Origin: Verrucomicrobiales bacterium
GTDB taxonomy: Bacteria > Verrucomicrobiota > Verrucomicrobiia > Verrucomicrobiales > SLCJ01
DNA length: 64,000 nt
NCBI GenBank assembly: GCA_046075565.1
Contig: JBJTQJ010000031.1
Span: 29,493-93,492 of the forward strand
Direction: 5' to 3'
Shown here piece by piece: positions 47,227-57,128 of this stretch. A program made the translations under genes and the position numbers. A model generated the notes under the pieces. The model did not search any database and was not told where the DNA came from. It saw nothing but the letters and a program-made list of their open reading frames with translations. Each line of letters begins with the position of its first letter. Within the stretch, counting starts at the first letter, position 1.

Positions 47227-49392
47227 TTAGATCTCGACGTCCTCGATGGCGTCGGCGGCGGGCGCGGCAGGCTTGGCAGCCTTGTCTTGCTCCTTGAGGA
47301 GGGCCTTGCGGCTCATCTTCACGCGGCCTTTTTCGTCAACACCGATACACTTGGCGGTGACGATTTCGCCGACCTTGACCACGTCTTCGACGCGCTCGAC
47401 ACGGCGGTCGGCGAGTTCGGAGATGTGGATGAGGCCGTCCTTGCCGGGCAGCACTTCCATGAAGGCGCCGAAGTTGGTCGTGCTGACCACGCGGCCGGTG
47501 TAGACCTCGCCCACTTCGACTTCGGCGAAGATGCGTTTGATCATTTCCATGGCGCGCTTGAGGCCTTCGGCCTTGATGGCATAGACATGCACGGTGCCGT
47601 CTTCCTCGACATTGATCTCGGTGCCGGTTTCGGCCTGGATGCCGCGGATGACCTTGCCACCGGGGCCGATGAGTTCGCCGATGCGTTCGGGGTCGATCTT
47701 CGTGCTTTCGATACGCGGGGCGTATTTGCTGAGCTCGGTGCGCGGGGCAGGGAGGGTGGCGCGCATCACGTCGATGATCTTGCTCCGACCGTTCTTGGCC
47801 ATGGTGATGGCTTCCTCGAGGATGGCCAGGGAAATGCCGGGCAGCTTGAGGTCAAGCTGGTAACCGGTCACGCCGAGGTCGGTGCCGCAGAGTTTGAAGT
47901 CCATGTCGCCGAAGTGGTCCTCGCTGCCGATGATGTCGAGCAACGTGTTGTAGCGGATGAGTTTTTCGGAGGCATCGAACTCGGTCACGAGGCCGACGGA
48001 AATACCGGCCACGGGGCGTTCGAGGGGCACACCGGCATCCATGAGCGCGAGCACGCCGGAGCAAACCGAGGCCATGGAGGTCGAACCATTGGATTCCATC
48101 ACTTCGCTGGTCACGCGGATGGCGTAGGGGAACTTCTCAACCGGCGGGATAAGCGGCTCGATCGAGCGCTCGGCGAGAGCACCGTGGCCGATTTCGCGGC
48201 GGTTTTGTCCGCCGAAGCGTCCGGTTTCCCCGACCGAGAACGGAGGGAAGTTGTAATGGAGCAGGAAGCGTTTGCTGTCCGGTCCACCGGTGTAGCTGTC
48301 GAAGGTTTGCGCTTGGTCGGCCGGGGCGAGGGTCGCCAGGGCCATGGCCTGCGTTTCGCCGCGGGCGAAAAGGGCACTGCCATGCGGGCGGGGGAGCACA
48401 CGCACTTCGGCGCTGAGCGGGCGCAGATCGCCGGGAGTGCGGCCATCGGCGCGCACGCCCTTGTCGAGAATGCTGATGCGGAAGGCTTTCTTCTGCAGGT
48501 AATCGAAGGCCTGGTTGATTTCGAATTCACCGGCTTCCGGATACTTGGCGAGAATGCCATCGCGCACTTCGTCGCGCAGGGCTTCCACGGCTTTGCCGCG
48601 GGCAACCTTGCTCGGCTGGTAGATGGCACCTTCGATGCGGGAACCGGCGACTGAGTAGGCGACTTCAAGCAGTTCGTCCTTCACGGTCAGCACGGGCATC
48701 TCGCGTTTCGGTTTGCCGGCCGCGGCCATCAATTGCTCCTGGGCTGCCACGAGAATGGCAACTTGCGATTGCGCGAAGTGGAGGGCTTGGATGAATTCGC
48801 CCTCGGGCATTTCCTTGGCCGCGCCTTCGATCATGATGACATCGGTCTTGTTACCGACGTAAACGAGGTCGAGGTCGCTCTCCTCGCGTTGCGAGTTGGT
48901 TGGGTTGGCGACAAGTTGGCCATCGATGCGGCCGACGCGCACTGCCCCGACGGGACCCGCGAAGGGAATGTCGGAGACGCAGAGAGCGGCGGAGGCGCCG
49001 TTCATGCTCAGGATGTCGGCGTCATTTTCACCGTCGGCGCTGAGCAGGAGCGCGATAATTTGGGTGTCGTAGAAATATCCCTTTGGGAAAAGCGGCCGCA
49101 GGGGGCGGTCGGTCATCCGGCAGGTGAGGATTTCTTTTTCGGTCGGCCGGCCTTCGCGTTTGAAGTAGCCGCCCGGGAAGAGACCCGCTGCGGCGGCCTT
49201 TTCCTTGTATTCGACCGAGAGCGGGAAAAAGTCCTGCCCGGGTTTGAGTTTGGTGGCCGAAACAGCCGTCACGACGACGACGGTTTCGCCCATTTGCACG
49301 GTCACGGCACCGTCAGCCAGACGGGCGATTTTACCGGTTTCGATGATGATGTCGGAGGAGCCGACGCGGCTCGTCACACTATGTGTACTCAT
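47227..49392 (-). CDS. pnp: Polyribonucleotide nucleotidyltransferase (PNPase)
   Basis: DFFPLSVEY, KREGRP, RREIGHG, ESNGSTSMAS, GDMDFK, KH and S1 domains. Confidence 0.98.
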   Translation of the reverse strand: MSTHSVTSRVGSSDIIIETGKIARLADGAVTVQMGETVVVVTAVSATKLKPGQDFFPLSVEYKEKAAAAGLFPGGYFKREGRPTEKEILTCRMTDRPLRPLFPKGYFYDTQIIALLLSADGENDADILSMNGASAALCVSDIPFAGPVGAVRVGRIDGQLVANPTNSQREESDLDLVYVGNKTDVIMIEGAAKEMPEGEFIQALHFAQSQVAILVAAQEQLMAAAGKPKREMPVLTVKDELLEVAYSVAGSRIEGAIYQPSKVARGKAVEALRDEVRDGILAKYPEAGEFEINQAFDYLQKKAFRISILDKGVRADGRTPGDLRPLSAEVRVLPRPHGSALFARGETQAMALATLAPADQAQTFDSYTGGPDSKRFLLHYNFPPFSVGETGRFGGQNRREIGHGALAERSIEPLIPPVEKFPYAIRVTSEVMESNGSTSMASVCSGVLALMDAGVPLERPVAGISVGLVTEFDASEKLIRYNTLLDIIGSEDHFGDMDFKLCGTDLGVTGYQLDLKLPGISLAILEEAITMAKNGRSKIIDVMRATLPAPRTELSKYAPRIESTKIDPERIGELIGPGGKVIRGIQAETGTEINVEEDGTVHVYAIKAEGLKRAMEMIKRIFAEVEVGEVYTGRVVSTTNFGAFMEVLPGKDGLIHISELADRRVERVEDVVKVGEIVTAKCIGVDEKGRVKMSRKALLKEQDKAAKPAAPAADAIEDVEI

Positions 49393-49591
49393 GGTTTTCT
49401 TGTTTTCTTTTCTGTTTACTTTCTTGGTGGGAAAAAATGCGCGGGCGTCCGTGGCTCCGGAGCAGGGTGCCGGAAAATCGGGACCGGGGAGATGCGCAAG
49501 GCGGCGGGACGCGGAAGGGGGCGCGGGGGCCGCGAAGTCCGGGCGGAAAAGCGATTGGCCCCGGGAAATCCCGAGGCCAAGTGCGCGCCGT

Positions 49592-49849
49592 TCAGCGACG
49601 GAGATTCAGGCTTTTGATCACTCTTTGGTATTCCGCTTCGTCCGTCCGCTTCAAATAATCGAGATGGCGGCGGCGGTTGGAAACCAGCATGAGCAGTCCG
49701 CGACGGGAAGAGAAGTCCTTGCGGTTGCGGCCCATGTGCTCGGTGAGGGAGAGAATGCGCTGGGTAAGCAACGCAATTTGCACGGAGCTGCTGCCGGTGT
49801 CGCCCTCGTGCTTCTGATAGTCCTTGATATTGATTGTGTTTTCGCTCAT
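49592..49849 (-). CDS. rpsO: 30S ribosomal protein S15
   Basis: DTGSSSVQIALLT..KDFSSRRGLLMLV..RRRHLDYLK..LNLRR; upstream of pnp. Confidence 0.98.
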   Translation of the reverse strand: MSENTINIKDYQKHEGDTGSSSVQIALLTQRILSLTEHMGRNRKDFSSRRGLLMLVSNRRRHLDYLKRTDEAEYQRVIKSLNLRR

Positions 49850-49864
49850 TTCCTTGTTGGTTGA

Positions 49865-49938
49865 GCCAGAATGACGGCCACTTCCGTCAGCCCAGCGGAT
49901 TGAAGACTGTGACTTTACCCCCTCCAGCCGGTTCTGGC
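49865..49938 (-). promoter_or_regulatory. Putative S15 autoregulatory leader (three-way junction RNA)
   Basis: Helices GCCAGAA/TTCTGGC, CCGGC.GGA/TCCGCTGG and TGACGG/CCGTCA just upstream of the rpsO RBS. Confidence 0.65.
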
Positions 49939-50064
49939 AAATCTTTTTAACCCCCCAGCCCCCGGGGGAGGGAAAAAACGGAATTCGGAAAATCTGCGCG
50001 TTTCCTCCGGAGCGGGGGCGGCGTAGTGGCGATTTGAGACTACTTCCGTTTTCCATTTCGACCC

Positions 50065-50670
50065 ATGACCGAACTGCCCCTGCCATCGCGACTTCCCGTC
50101 ATCGTGCTGCCGCATTGCACGTTCTTGCCCCACGGGCTGCTTCCGTTATATATCTTCGAGCCCCGCTACCGGGCCATGCTGCGCCATGCCTTGGAAAATG
50201 AGCGGGTTTTCTGTGTCGCCATGCGTCGGGGTGAGGAGGAGGAGGGCTGGGACAATGTCGCGCCCATCGCCACGGCGGGAATGGTCCGGGCCTGTGTGCG
50301 CAACCCCGATGGCACCTCCCACCTCCTGCTCCAAGGCCTCCTCCGCGCCCGCCTGACCGCCTGGGACCCGGTTTCCGAATTCCCCCTCGCCGACATCGAA
50401 TGGCTGCAAACGGAAATCCGCGACCCCGACAACTGCAAAAATGCCGCCACCCGGCTCGTCCGTTCGGCCTGCACCCTCGCCGAGACCCATGGCACCCTCT
50501 GCCAGCAACTCCGCGACCACCTGAGCACCTTGCCCGACCCCGAGCCGGTCGCCGACATCATCGCCTACAATTTTATCCGTTGCCCGAACCGCCTTCAGGA
50601 CATCGTGGAATGCCCCGTGCTCGACGAACGCCTCGGCATTGTTGACGAGGAATTGCAGAAGCTCGCCTGA
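50065..50670 (+). CDS. LON peptidase substrate-binding domain protein
   Basis: LPHGLLPLYIFEPRYRAML, NPDGTSHLLLQGL.R; no ATPase domain. Confidence 0.88.
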   Translation: MTELPLPSRLPVIVLPHCTFLPHGLLPLYIFEPRYRAMLRHALENERVFCVAMRRGEEEEGWDNVAPIATAGMVRACVRNPDGTSHLLLQGLLRARLTAWDPVSEFPLADIEWLQTEIRDPDNCKNAATRLVRSACTLAETHGTLCQQLRDHLSTLPDPEPVADIIAYNFIRCPNRLQDIVECPVLDERLGIVDEELQKLA

Positions 50671-50726
50671 GGCTTGACAAAACCGGCCAAATCCGGTTCG
50701 CTGGCGGTCATTCCCTTTGGCCGCCC

Positions 50727-51299
50727 ATGAAGTCCCGCAAGTCCACGCCCCCAGCTCCTCCCGCCAATCGGGATGAGTTTCTCGCCTCTCTCATGGCGCG
50801 TTTCGATCGACATGGCGCCCGCCATCGTGGCATCACTTGGGCGAGTGTTCTCTCCCGACTCGATGCCCATCCGGAAAAATGTGCGGCACTGCTCGCCATG
50901 GAAAATTCCGGCGGCGAACCTGACGTGACCGGTCGCGATCCAAAATCCGGTGCCATCATTTTCACCGATTGTTCACCCGAGACCCCCAAAGGACGCGTGA
51001 GCCTTTGTTACGATCGCGCGGCCCTCGAATCCCGCAAGGAACACAAGCCCCGCACCTCCGCCATGGAAATGGCCGCCGCCATGGGCGTGAAAATTTTGAC
51101 CGAATCCGAATACCATGCTCTGCAGGAACTCGGCGAATTCGACACCAAGACATCGAGCTGGGTTCTCACTCCACCCGCCATCCGTGATCTCGACGGTGCC
51201 CTCTTCGGCGACCGCCGCTACGGGCGTGTTTTCACTTACCACAATGGCGCCCAAGCCTACTTCGCGGCCCGCGGCTTCCGGGCCAAGCTGGTTGTGTGA
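50727..51299 (+). CDS. DUF4256 domain protein
   Basis: MENSGGEPDV, DCSPETPKGR.SLCYD, FDTKTSSW, YHNGAQAYFAARGFR. Confidence 0.85.
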   Translation: MKSRKSTPPAPPANRDEFLASLMARFDRHGARHRGITWASVLSRLDAHPEKCAALLAMENSGGEPDVTGRDPKSGAIIFTDCSPETPKGRVSLCYDRAALESRKEHKPRTSAMEMAAAMGVKILTESEYHALQELGEFDTKTSSWVLTPPAIRDLDGALFGDRRYGRVFTYHNGAQAYFAARGFRAKLVV

Positions 51300-51337
51300 A
51301 TCGGATGTCGGCTCGCCGCAAAGTCGCCCGGGGCGCA

Positions 51338-52578
51338 TCAGGAATTGAATTCCTCGATCGCCTCGAACATCGCCACGATGTTCTGCGGGGGCACATCGGG
51401 AAGGATGTTGTGCACGGTATTGAAAACAAATCCGCCTCCGGGCGCGAGGATTTCCAGGCGACGCTTCACATCATCCTTCATTTCGGCCGGCGTGCCATTG
51501 GGCAGAACTTGTTTCGTGTCACAGCCACCGCCCCAAAAACAAATGTCCTTGCCGAAATCTTTTTTCAATCCCTCGGCTTCCATACCGAAACAGTTCGTCT
51601 GCACGGGGTTGATCACATCGTAACCGGCTTCAATCAAATCCGGCAGCAGCGCGCGGATCGAGCCGCATGAGTGCAGGAATGTTTTCATCCCGGAGTTCTT
51701 GTGCACGTAGTCGCACAGGATGGTGTGCCGCGGCTCGAAGAGATCGCGATAGGTCTTCGGGGACATGAACGGCCCGCTGTTCATGCCGAGATCATCACCG
51801 AAGCGGATGACATCCGCGATATCGCCGACAGCGCGGCAGGCTTTCTCCAACACCGCGAGATGACGTTCCATCAACGCGTCGAGAAGTCGTTTCACCTGCT
51901 CCGGTTCGGCGACGAGGTCCATGAGGAAGTTGTCCATGCGCCGGAGAAATGTGCCCCACTCGAATAGGTTGCAGCCGATGACGATCATGAGGGCGCGGTC
52001 GCTGGTGCGACGCAGCTCGAGCGCGTTCGTACGCAGGGTTTCCCAGAACCCTGGATCGGACGCGTGAGCCCACGGGCTATGAACGAGCGCGGCCCAGAGA
52101 ATCCGTCCCATTTCCTTGTCCAAATCGCGGTAATCGGATGGGTAATCGTCGAGGTAGGGGCAATACGTTTGATCGAAAAAGTTCCGCGCGCCGGCATGTG
52201 GCCGATGTCCAAACCGTCCTTCATGCGCGCGATGAACGAACCATCGGGCTGCCGCTCGGGGTGGAACCAGGCCGGATACAAAGCCGGTTGCCCGTCCATC
52301 AAGGTTGTGGGCTGCCAGGCCGATGCTCTCGTGTTGAACGTGCGTCCAATATCCACCACATCGATCCCGAATCGATCGAGTATGAAATCCTCGGGCTGGG
52401 CAAGCTGCTGCACCACGTCATAGACATGGGTATTTCCTCCCGCAAGACCGAGGTGGGCCTTGAGTTTGCCATAGGCGATGGCGGAGATCCCGCTGCTTGG
52501 GGTGGCCCCGAGATCAACGGGCACTTTGTCCGGTTGCCGGTGTTCGATGGCGGCGAGGATGCGTTCGCGCGAGTTCAT
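51338..52578 (-). pseudogene. Uroporphyrinogen decarboxylase / MtaA-CmuA family protein, frameshifted at ~52176-52180
   Basis: N-half MNSRERILAAIEHRQPDKVPVDLG and C-half FGDDLG, LHSCG, INPVQ, FWGGG, VHNI are in different frames; one extra T in a T5 run restores GTFFDQTY. Confidence 0.85.
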
Positions 52579-52976
52579 TCGAGATAATAGACCTCCTTCG
52601 TGTCGCCCCAGATCTTTCCTTTCGCCGCGGCATCCGGCAGGGGCGACTGGCAAGGGTCGGTCTCTTTCCACCAGCGCTGTGTCTCGGGGTCGGCGGCCAT
52701 CTTCTTCATGTCCGCATCAAAATCATCGCCGGTATATTCGAGGTAGGCGAAGAGGTAGAGCTTGCCGTTGATCTCACGCTCGTGGATGGAGAAATTCCGG
52801 ATGTTACATTCCTTGATCTTCCGGTTCACCGAGGGCCATGGCTTCGCGTGGAGATCCCGGTAGTAAGCCGCCTTTTCCGGTTTCAGGCCGGTCACCCAGG
52901 CGAATCGTTGCGGTTCTTTTTTCGCGGCACAGCCGCCGAACAGGACGGCAAACACCATGGCGGCCAAGGGCATCAA
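52575..52976 (-). CDS. L-rhamnose mutarotase-family protein with a lipoprotein signal
   Basis: YRDLHAKPWP, IRNFSIH, LFAYLEY, TQRWW; lipobox FGGC. Confidence 0.85.
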   Translation of the reverse strand: MMPLAAMVFAVLFGGCAAKKEPQRFAWVTGLKPEKAAYYRDLHAKPWPSVNRKIKECNIRNFSIHEREINGKLYLFAYLEYTGDDFDADMKKMAADPETQRWWKETDPCQSPLPDAAAKGKIWGDTKEVYYLE

Positions 52977-53228
52977 TCGCGTTTCATGGAAATGGAACGC
53001 TCGAGGTATCCGGAACCCGTGGCCGTCGGCCGACGGTCCATGGTTTCAAGAAACGCCCGATTTTTCCGCCGTCAATGGTCGAATTGCCCACCCCGAAATC
53101 CCATTTTCCCCGCCCCGGGTCGTAAAGTGCATGAAGTCTGGTTCGCGCGATCGTTCGTATTGTTGTGCCGCGAAGGCGCCCACGTGCGCGCTTCGGAGAT
53201 CAATCAACCTAACTTCCGACCCTTCCCC

Positions 53229-54302
53229 GTGTCCAAAGACCTCTTCTCTCCCCTCGATGCTGGCGCGTTCGCGCTGCGCAACCGGATCATCATGGCCCCT
53301 CTCACCCGAAGCCGGGCCGATGACAATCATGTGCCCACCGATATCATGGCGACCTACTACAGCCAGCGCGCCAGCGCGGGCATGATCATCACGGAAGCAA
53401 CGATGGTGATGGAGGGGAACTCCGCTTTCTGGCGCGAACCGGGCATCTATTCGGACCCCCATATTGAGGGATGGAAGAAGGTGGCCGACGCCGTGCATGC
53501 CGAAGGCGGGATCATTTTGATGCAACTCTGGCACGGCGGGCGCGCTTGCCACTCCCTGCTCAATGGCGGCAAACAACCGGTCGCACCCAGTCCCATCGCC
53601 ATCACCGGGGATGAAACGCATACTCCCGAAGGCAAGAAACCCTACGAAACTCCCCGCGAGCTGCGCGACGACGAACTCCCCGCCATTGTCGAGGGGTTCG
53701 CCCAAGCCGCCGCCAATGCCAAGGCCGCCGGTTTCGACGGGGTCGAAGTCCATGGAGCCAATGGTTACCTGCTCGACCAGTTCCTGCGGTCGGGTTCCAA
53801 CCAGCGCACCGGTGCCTACGGCGGCAGCATCGAAAATCGCGCCCGACTTCTGCTGGAAGTGCTCGATGCGCTTATCGCCGTGTGGGGCGCTGACCGCGTG
53901 GGCGTTCGTATTTCGCCGGTAAATAGTTACAACGACATGCGGGATGCTGACCCGGTGGCACTCACCGCGTATCTGGCGCGCGAGTTCGATGCCCGTGGCA
54001 TCGCCTTCCTCGACCTCATGCGTGCCGATTTCTTCGGCCTGCAAAAAGAAGACGTCGTCACTCCGGCGCGGGAAAATTTCAAAGGCAATCTCTTCCTCGG
54101 TATGGGTTACGGCAAAGCCAGCGGCAACGAAGCCATCGCGTCCGGCCAGGCTGAAGCCATCGTCATCGGTCACCACTATGTCTCGAATCCGGACATGGTG
54201 GAGCGGTTGAAACTCGATGCCGAAATCGTCGAGCCCGATGCTTCGACATTCTATAGTCCCGGTCCGAAAGGTTACACCGACTATCCCTTCCTGAAGGCTT
54301 GA
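53229..54302 (+). CDS. Alkene reductase (old yellow enzyme / NemA family)
   Basis: NRIIMAPLTRSRA, QLWHGGR, GFDGVEVHGANGYLLDQF, GYTDYP. Confidence 0.93.
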   Translation: MSKDLFSPLDAGAFALRNRIIMAPLTRSRADDNHVPTDIMATYYSQRASAGMIITEATMVMEGNSAFWREPGIYSDPHIEGWKKVADAVHAEGGIILMQLWHGGRACHSLLNGGKQPVAPSPIAITGDETHTPEGKKPYETPRELRDDELPAIVEGFAQAAANAKAAGFDGVEVHGANGYLLDQFLRSGSNQRTGAYGGSIENRARLLLEVLDALIAVWGADRVGVRISPVNSYNDMRDADPVALTAYLAREFDARGIAFLDLMRADFFGLQKEDVVTPARENFKGNLFLGMGYGKASGNEAIASGQAEAIVIGHHYVSNPDMVERLKLDAEIVEPDASTFYSPGPKGYTDYPFLKA

Positions 54303-54317
54303 AGGGATTGCTTTAGT

Positions 54318-55730
54318 TCACCCGTGCCGGCGACGCAGGTGGCTCGGTGGGATGCTCAGGGCATCGCGGTATTTCGCGACCGTGCGCCGCGCGATGTCCA
54401 GGCCTTCGCCCTTCAGCGTATCAACAATCGTGGAGTCAGAGAGCGGCTTCGCCGGATCCTCGCTTCCAATCAAGGCGGCGATACGGTCTTTGACCGATGA
54501 ATTCGCCACATCTTCGCCGCTGGCCGTGTGGTAGCCGGTCGTGAAAAACTTCCTCAAGTCGACCACCCCGTAAGGGGTATCGATGAACTTTCCGGCAATG
54601 GCCCGCGAGACCGTTGTTTCATGCACGCCCACCGCATCCGCGACTTGCTGCATGGTCATCGGTTTCAGATGGGCAGGACCGCGGTTGAAATAATCCTCCT
54701 GCCGTTCGAGCAGGACTTCCGAGATGCGCCGCAACGTATCCTGACGCTGCTCGATACACTGGATGATGAATTTTCCCCCGCGGATCTTGTCCCGGATGAA
54801 AGCACGCGTGTCGCCGGAAGTATTGGCGCTGGCTAACAAATCCTTGTAGCGATTGCTGATACGCAAACGCGGCAGGTCGTCTTGGTTCAGTTCGACGACC
54901 CAGTGCCCGTCGTCATCCTCATAAATGCGAACATCGGGATTGACCTGACGGTTTTCATCTTCGGCAAATTCGCGGGCGGGATTCGGGTCGAGACTGGCGA
55001 TGATTTCCACCGCGTTGTTCACTTCGGAAATCGGGACCCCGCAGGAGCGCGCGATTTCCGGCCGTTTGTTGCGGGCCAGGGCATCGAGATGATCGTGCAC
55101 GATTTTCCAAGCAAGACTGCCCTCCCGACCCTGGGCGCGCAGTTGGAATAGCAGGCATTCGCGCAAGTCGCGCGCGCCCAACCCGATGGGATCCAAACCC
55201 GCGAGCAATCGCCGGGCCGCTTCAAGGTCGGAATAGCGGATGCCGAAATTGAGCGCCAGATCCTCGGGGTCTTCGCGCAGGAACCCGCGTTCATCGAGAC
55301 TGGCCAGCAGGATACCCAAAGCCTCCATTTGTTCGCTGCTGATTTCGTTGCCCCGCGCCTGCTCCATGATGTGCTCCTGCAGCGTGAGCGGCGTGGGAAG
55401 GGAGTCATAGAGATGGTCCCGCAGCTCCTCGCGTTCGCGGTTCCGCCCTAGCGTGCGCCCAGCCAGGATCATCTCCTCGCGATAGGCGTCATCGTTGGCG
55501 GCCATCATCTCGATATCGCGATCGAAACTGTCCGCCTCCTCCTCGCGCGCCTCCATCGAAAGGGAATCCGAATCATCCTCCAGCGTCGGATTCGTTTCGA
55601 GTTCCTGCCGGAGCAACTGACGCAATTCCAGCGCCGTCGCCTGCAAAATTTCCAGACTCTGCCGCATCTGCGGCGAGAGGCGTTGTTGGAGCGAAAGATC
55701 CTGGGATTGATGGAGGCTAGCTTCGGGCAC
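54318..55730 (-). CDS. rpoN: RNA polymerase sigma-54 factor
   Basis: Q/L-rich region I, ARDLRECL, HETTVSRA, RpoN box ARRTVAKYR. Confidence 0.97.
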   Translation of the reverse strand: MPEASLHQSQDLSLQQRLSPQMRQSLEILQATALELRQLLRQELETNPTLEDDSDSLSMEAREEEADSFDRDIEMMAANDDAYREEMILAGRTLGRNREREELRDHLYDSLPTPLTLQEHIMEQARGNEISSEQMEALGILLASLDERGFLREDPEDLALNFGIRYSDLEAARRLLAGLDPIGLGARDLRECLLFQLRAQGREGSLAWKIVHDHLDALARNKRPEIARSCGVPISEVNNAVEIIASLDPNPAREFAEDENRQVNPDVRIYEDDDGHWVVELNQDDLPRLRISNRYKDLLASANTSGDTRAFIRDKIRGGKFIIQCIEQRQDTLRRISEVLLERQEDYFNRGPAHLKPMTMQQVADAVGVHETTVSRAIAGKFIDTPYGVVDLRKFFTTGYHTASGEDVANSSVKDRIAALIGSEDPAKPLSDSTIVDTLKGEGLDIARRTVAKYRDALSIPPSHLRRRHG

Positions 55731-56120
55731 GGGCACATTCCCGCGGACCGGGAACTCGCGCCAATCTCCCACAGACCCTAAAGATCCACAAGCAGGAATC
55801 GGGCCAGAATTTGGCTTGACAACCCAGGTGGACGATTTTCATCCCCCACGAGGCAGATTTTTCCTCCGCTCCCCTGTGTATTCGTCTGGTGCCCGGGACG
55901 AAAAAGTCATCGTTGCCACTTTCCTCCCGCGCAGGGGGACTGGGTTTGCTCGGCCTCTGCGGGGTTCTATGGACCGTGCGCCGCCTGAAGGCGACAGGCA
56001 AAGCCATTCAGGCCCGCTCCCTGACTTTGTGTTCCGCACCGCGCCTGACATGCGTGTCAAGTTCAGGGGGCGTTGGAATTGTAGGGAGAGAAGCGAGGGC
56101 TCTCGGGCAGCAATAGTGTC

Positions 56121-56212
56121 GGAGTGCGCCGGCCTCGACGGCGCTTATGCGGTGGAGCATCCCTCGCCAAAGCGGCGTCGCCCCCGACAAGTCGGGGTTG
56201 CCGCCGCACTCC
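56121..56212. repeat. REPIN-like doublet with a nested mini-palindrome
   Basis: GGAGTGCG...CGCACTCC termini; inner CCCCGACAAGTCGGGG. Confidence 0.65.
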
Positions 56213-56378
56213 ACACATAGGCCTTCTCTTTTGCTGGTCTCGATCCTGGAGGATCGGGCATTCCCCCTCCGCAGGCACCGCAATCCCGGAAATTCCCCTG
56301 AACTCGACGCGCATGCCCAACCGGCTCAGGGGCGTCGCCTTTTTGCTTGCCGCATCCCCTCCCTGCCGCCTTGGTAAC

Positions 56379-57083
56379 ATGGTGATTTCTTCCACGCCCA
56401 AGGTTTCCGTTGTCGTTCCGCTCTACAACGAGGAGGACAACGTGCCCATTCTCCAGTCCGAGCTGGCCAAGGCCCTCGAAGGCATCGATTACGAACTCGT
56501 GCTCGTGGACGACGGCTCCAAAGACGCCACGGTCTCCCGGGTGAAGCTGGACGGGCGCACGCGGCTGCTCGAATTCGAAAAAAATACCGGCCAGTCCGCG
56601 GCCATGTATGCCGGTATCCACGCCGCCGTCGGGGAAATCATCGTGCTCATTGATGGCGACCTCCAGAACGACCCGGCCGATATCCCGCGCCTGATTGCCG
56701 AACTCGATGCCGGGGCGGATCTCGCCTGCGGCTACCGCGCCAAACGCAAGGACACCACCTTCAAACGCATCCAGAGCCGCATCGCCAACTTCGTGCGCTC
56801 GCGTTTCACCGGCGACGGCGTGCGCGACACGGGCTGCACCCTCAAGGCCATGCGCCGCCATTGCCGCGACGCCCTCTTTCCCTTCACCGGTATGCACCGC
56901 TTTATCCCCGCCCTCATCAAAGGCGCCGGACACAGCATCACGGAAATTCCCGTCAACCACCGCCCGCGCCAACACGGCGTCTCCAAATACGGCTTCGGCA
57001 ACCGCGCCCTCCGCGCCACCATGGACATGTTCGGCGTGCGCTGGCTGCTCACCCGCCGGTTTTCTTACAAGGTAAAAGGCTAG
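56379..57083 (+). CDS. Glycosyltransferase family 2 (polyprenol-phosphate glycosyltransferase-like)
   Basis: SVVVPLYNEE, VDDGSKD, GQSAA, DGDLQNDP, DTGCTLK, VNHRPR.HG.SKY. Confidence 0.92.
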   Translation: MVISSTPKVSVVVPLYNEEDNVPILQSELAKALEGIDYELVLVDDGSKDATVSRVKLDGRTRLLEFEKNTGQSAAMYAGIHAAVGEIIVLIDGDLQNDPADIPRLIAELDAGADLACGYRAKRKDTTFKRIQSRIANFVRSRFTGDGVRDTGCTLKAMRRHCRDALFPFTGMHRFIPALIKGAGHSITEIPVNHRPRQHGVSKYGFGNRALRATMDMFGVRWLLTRRFSYKVKG

Positions 57084-57128
57084 CCGGATTTTTTGGCATT
57101 CGCCTTCTCCACGTAAAAGGAGCAGCCT

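Noticed and set aside
52497-53228. Apparent 244-aa N-terminal extension of the alkene reductase
   Set aside because: It overlaps the mutarotase on the other strand; family similarity starts at GTG 53229.
55889-56116. Short ORF with a PEP-CTERM-like tail (LGLLGLCGVLWTVRRLK)
   Set aside because: No PEP motif and no upstream domain; cannot be distinguished from chance.
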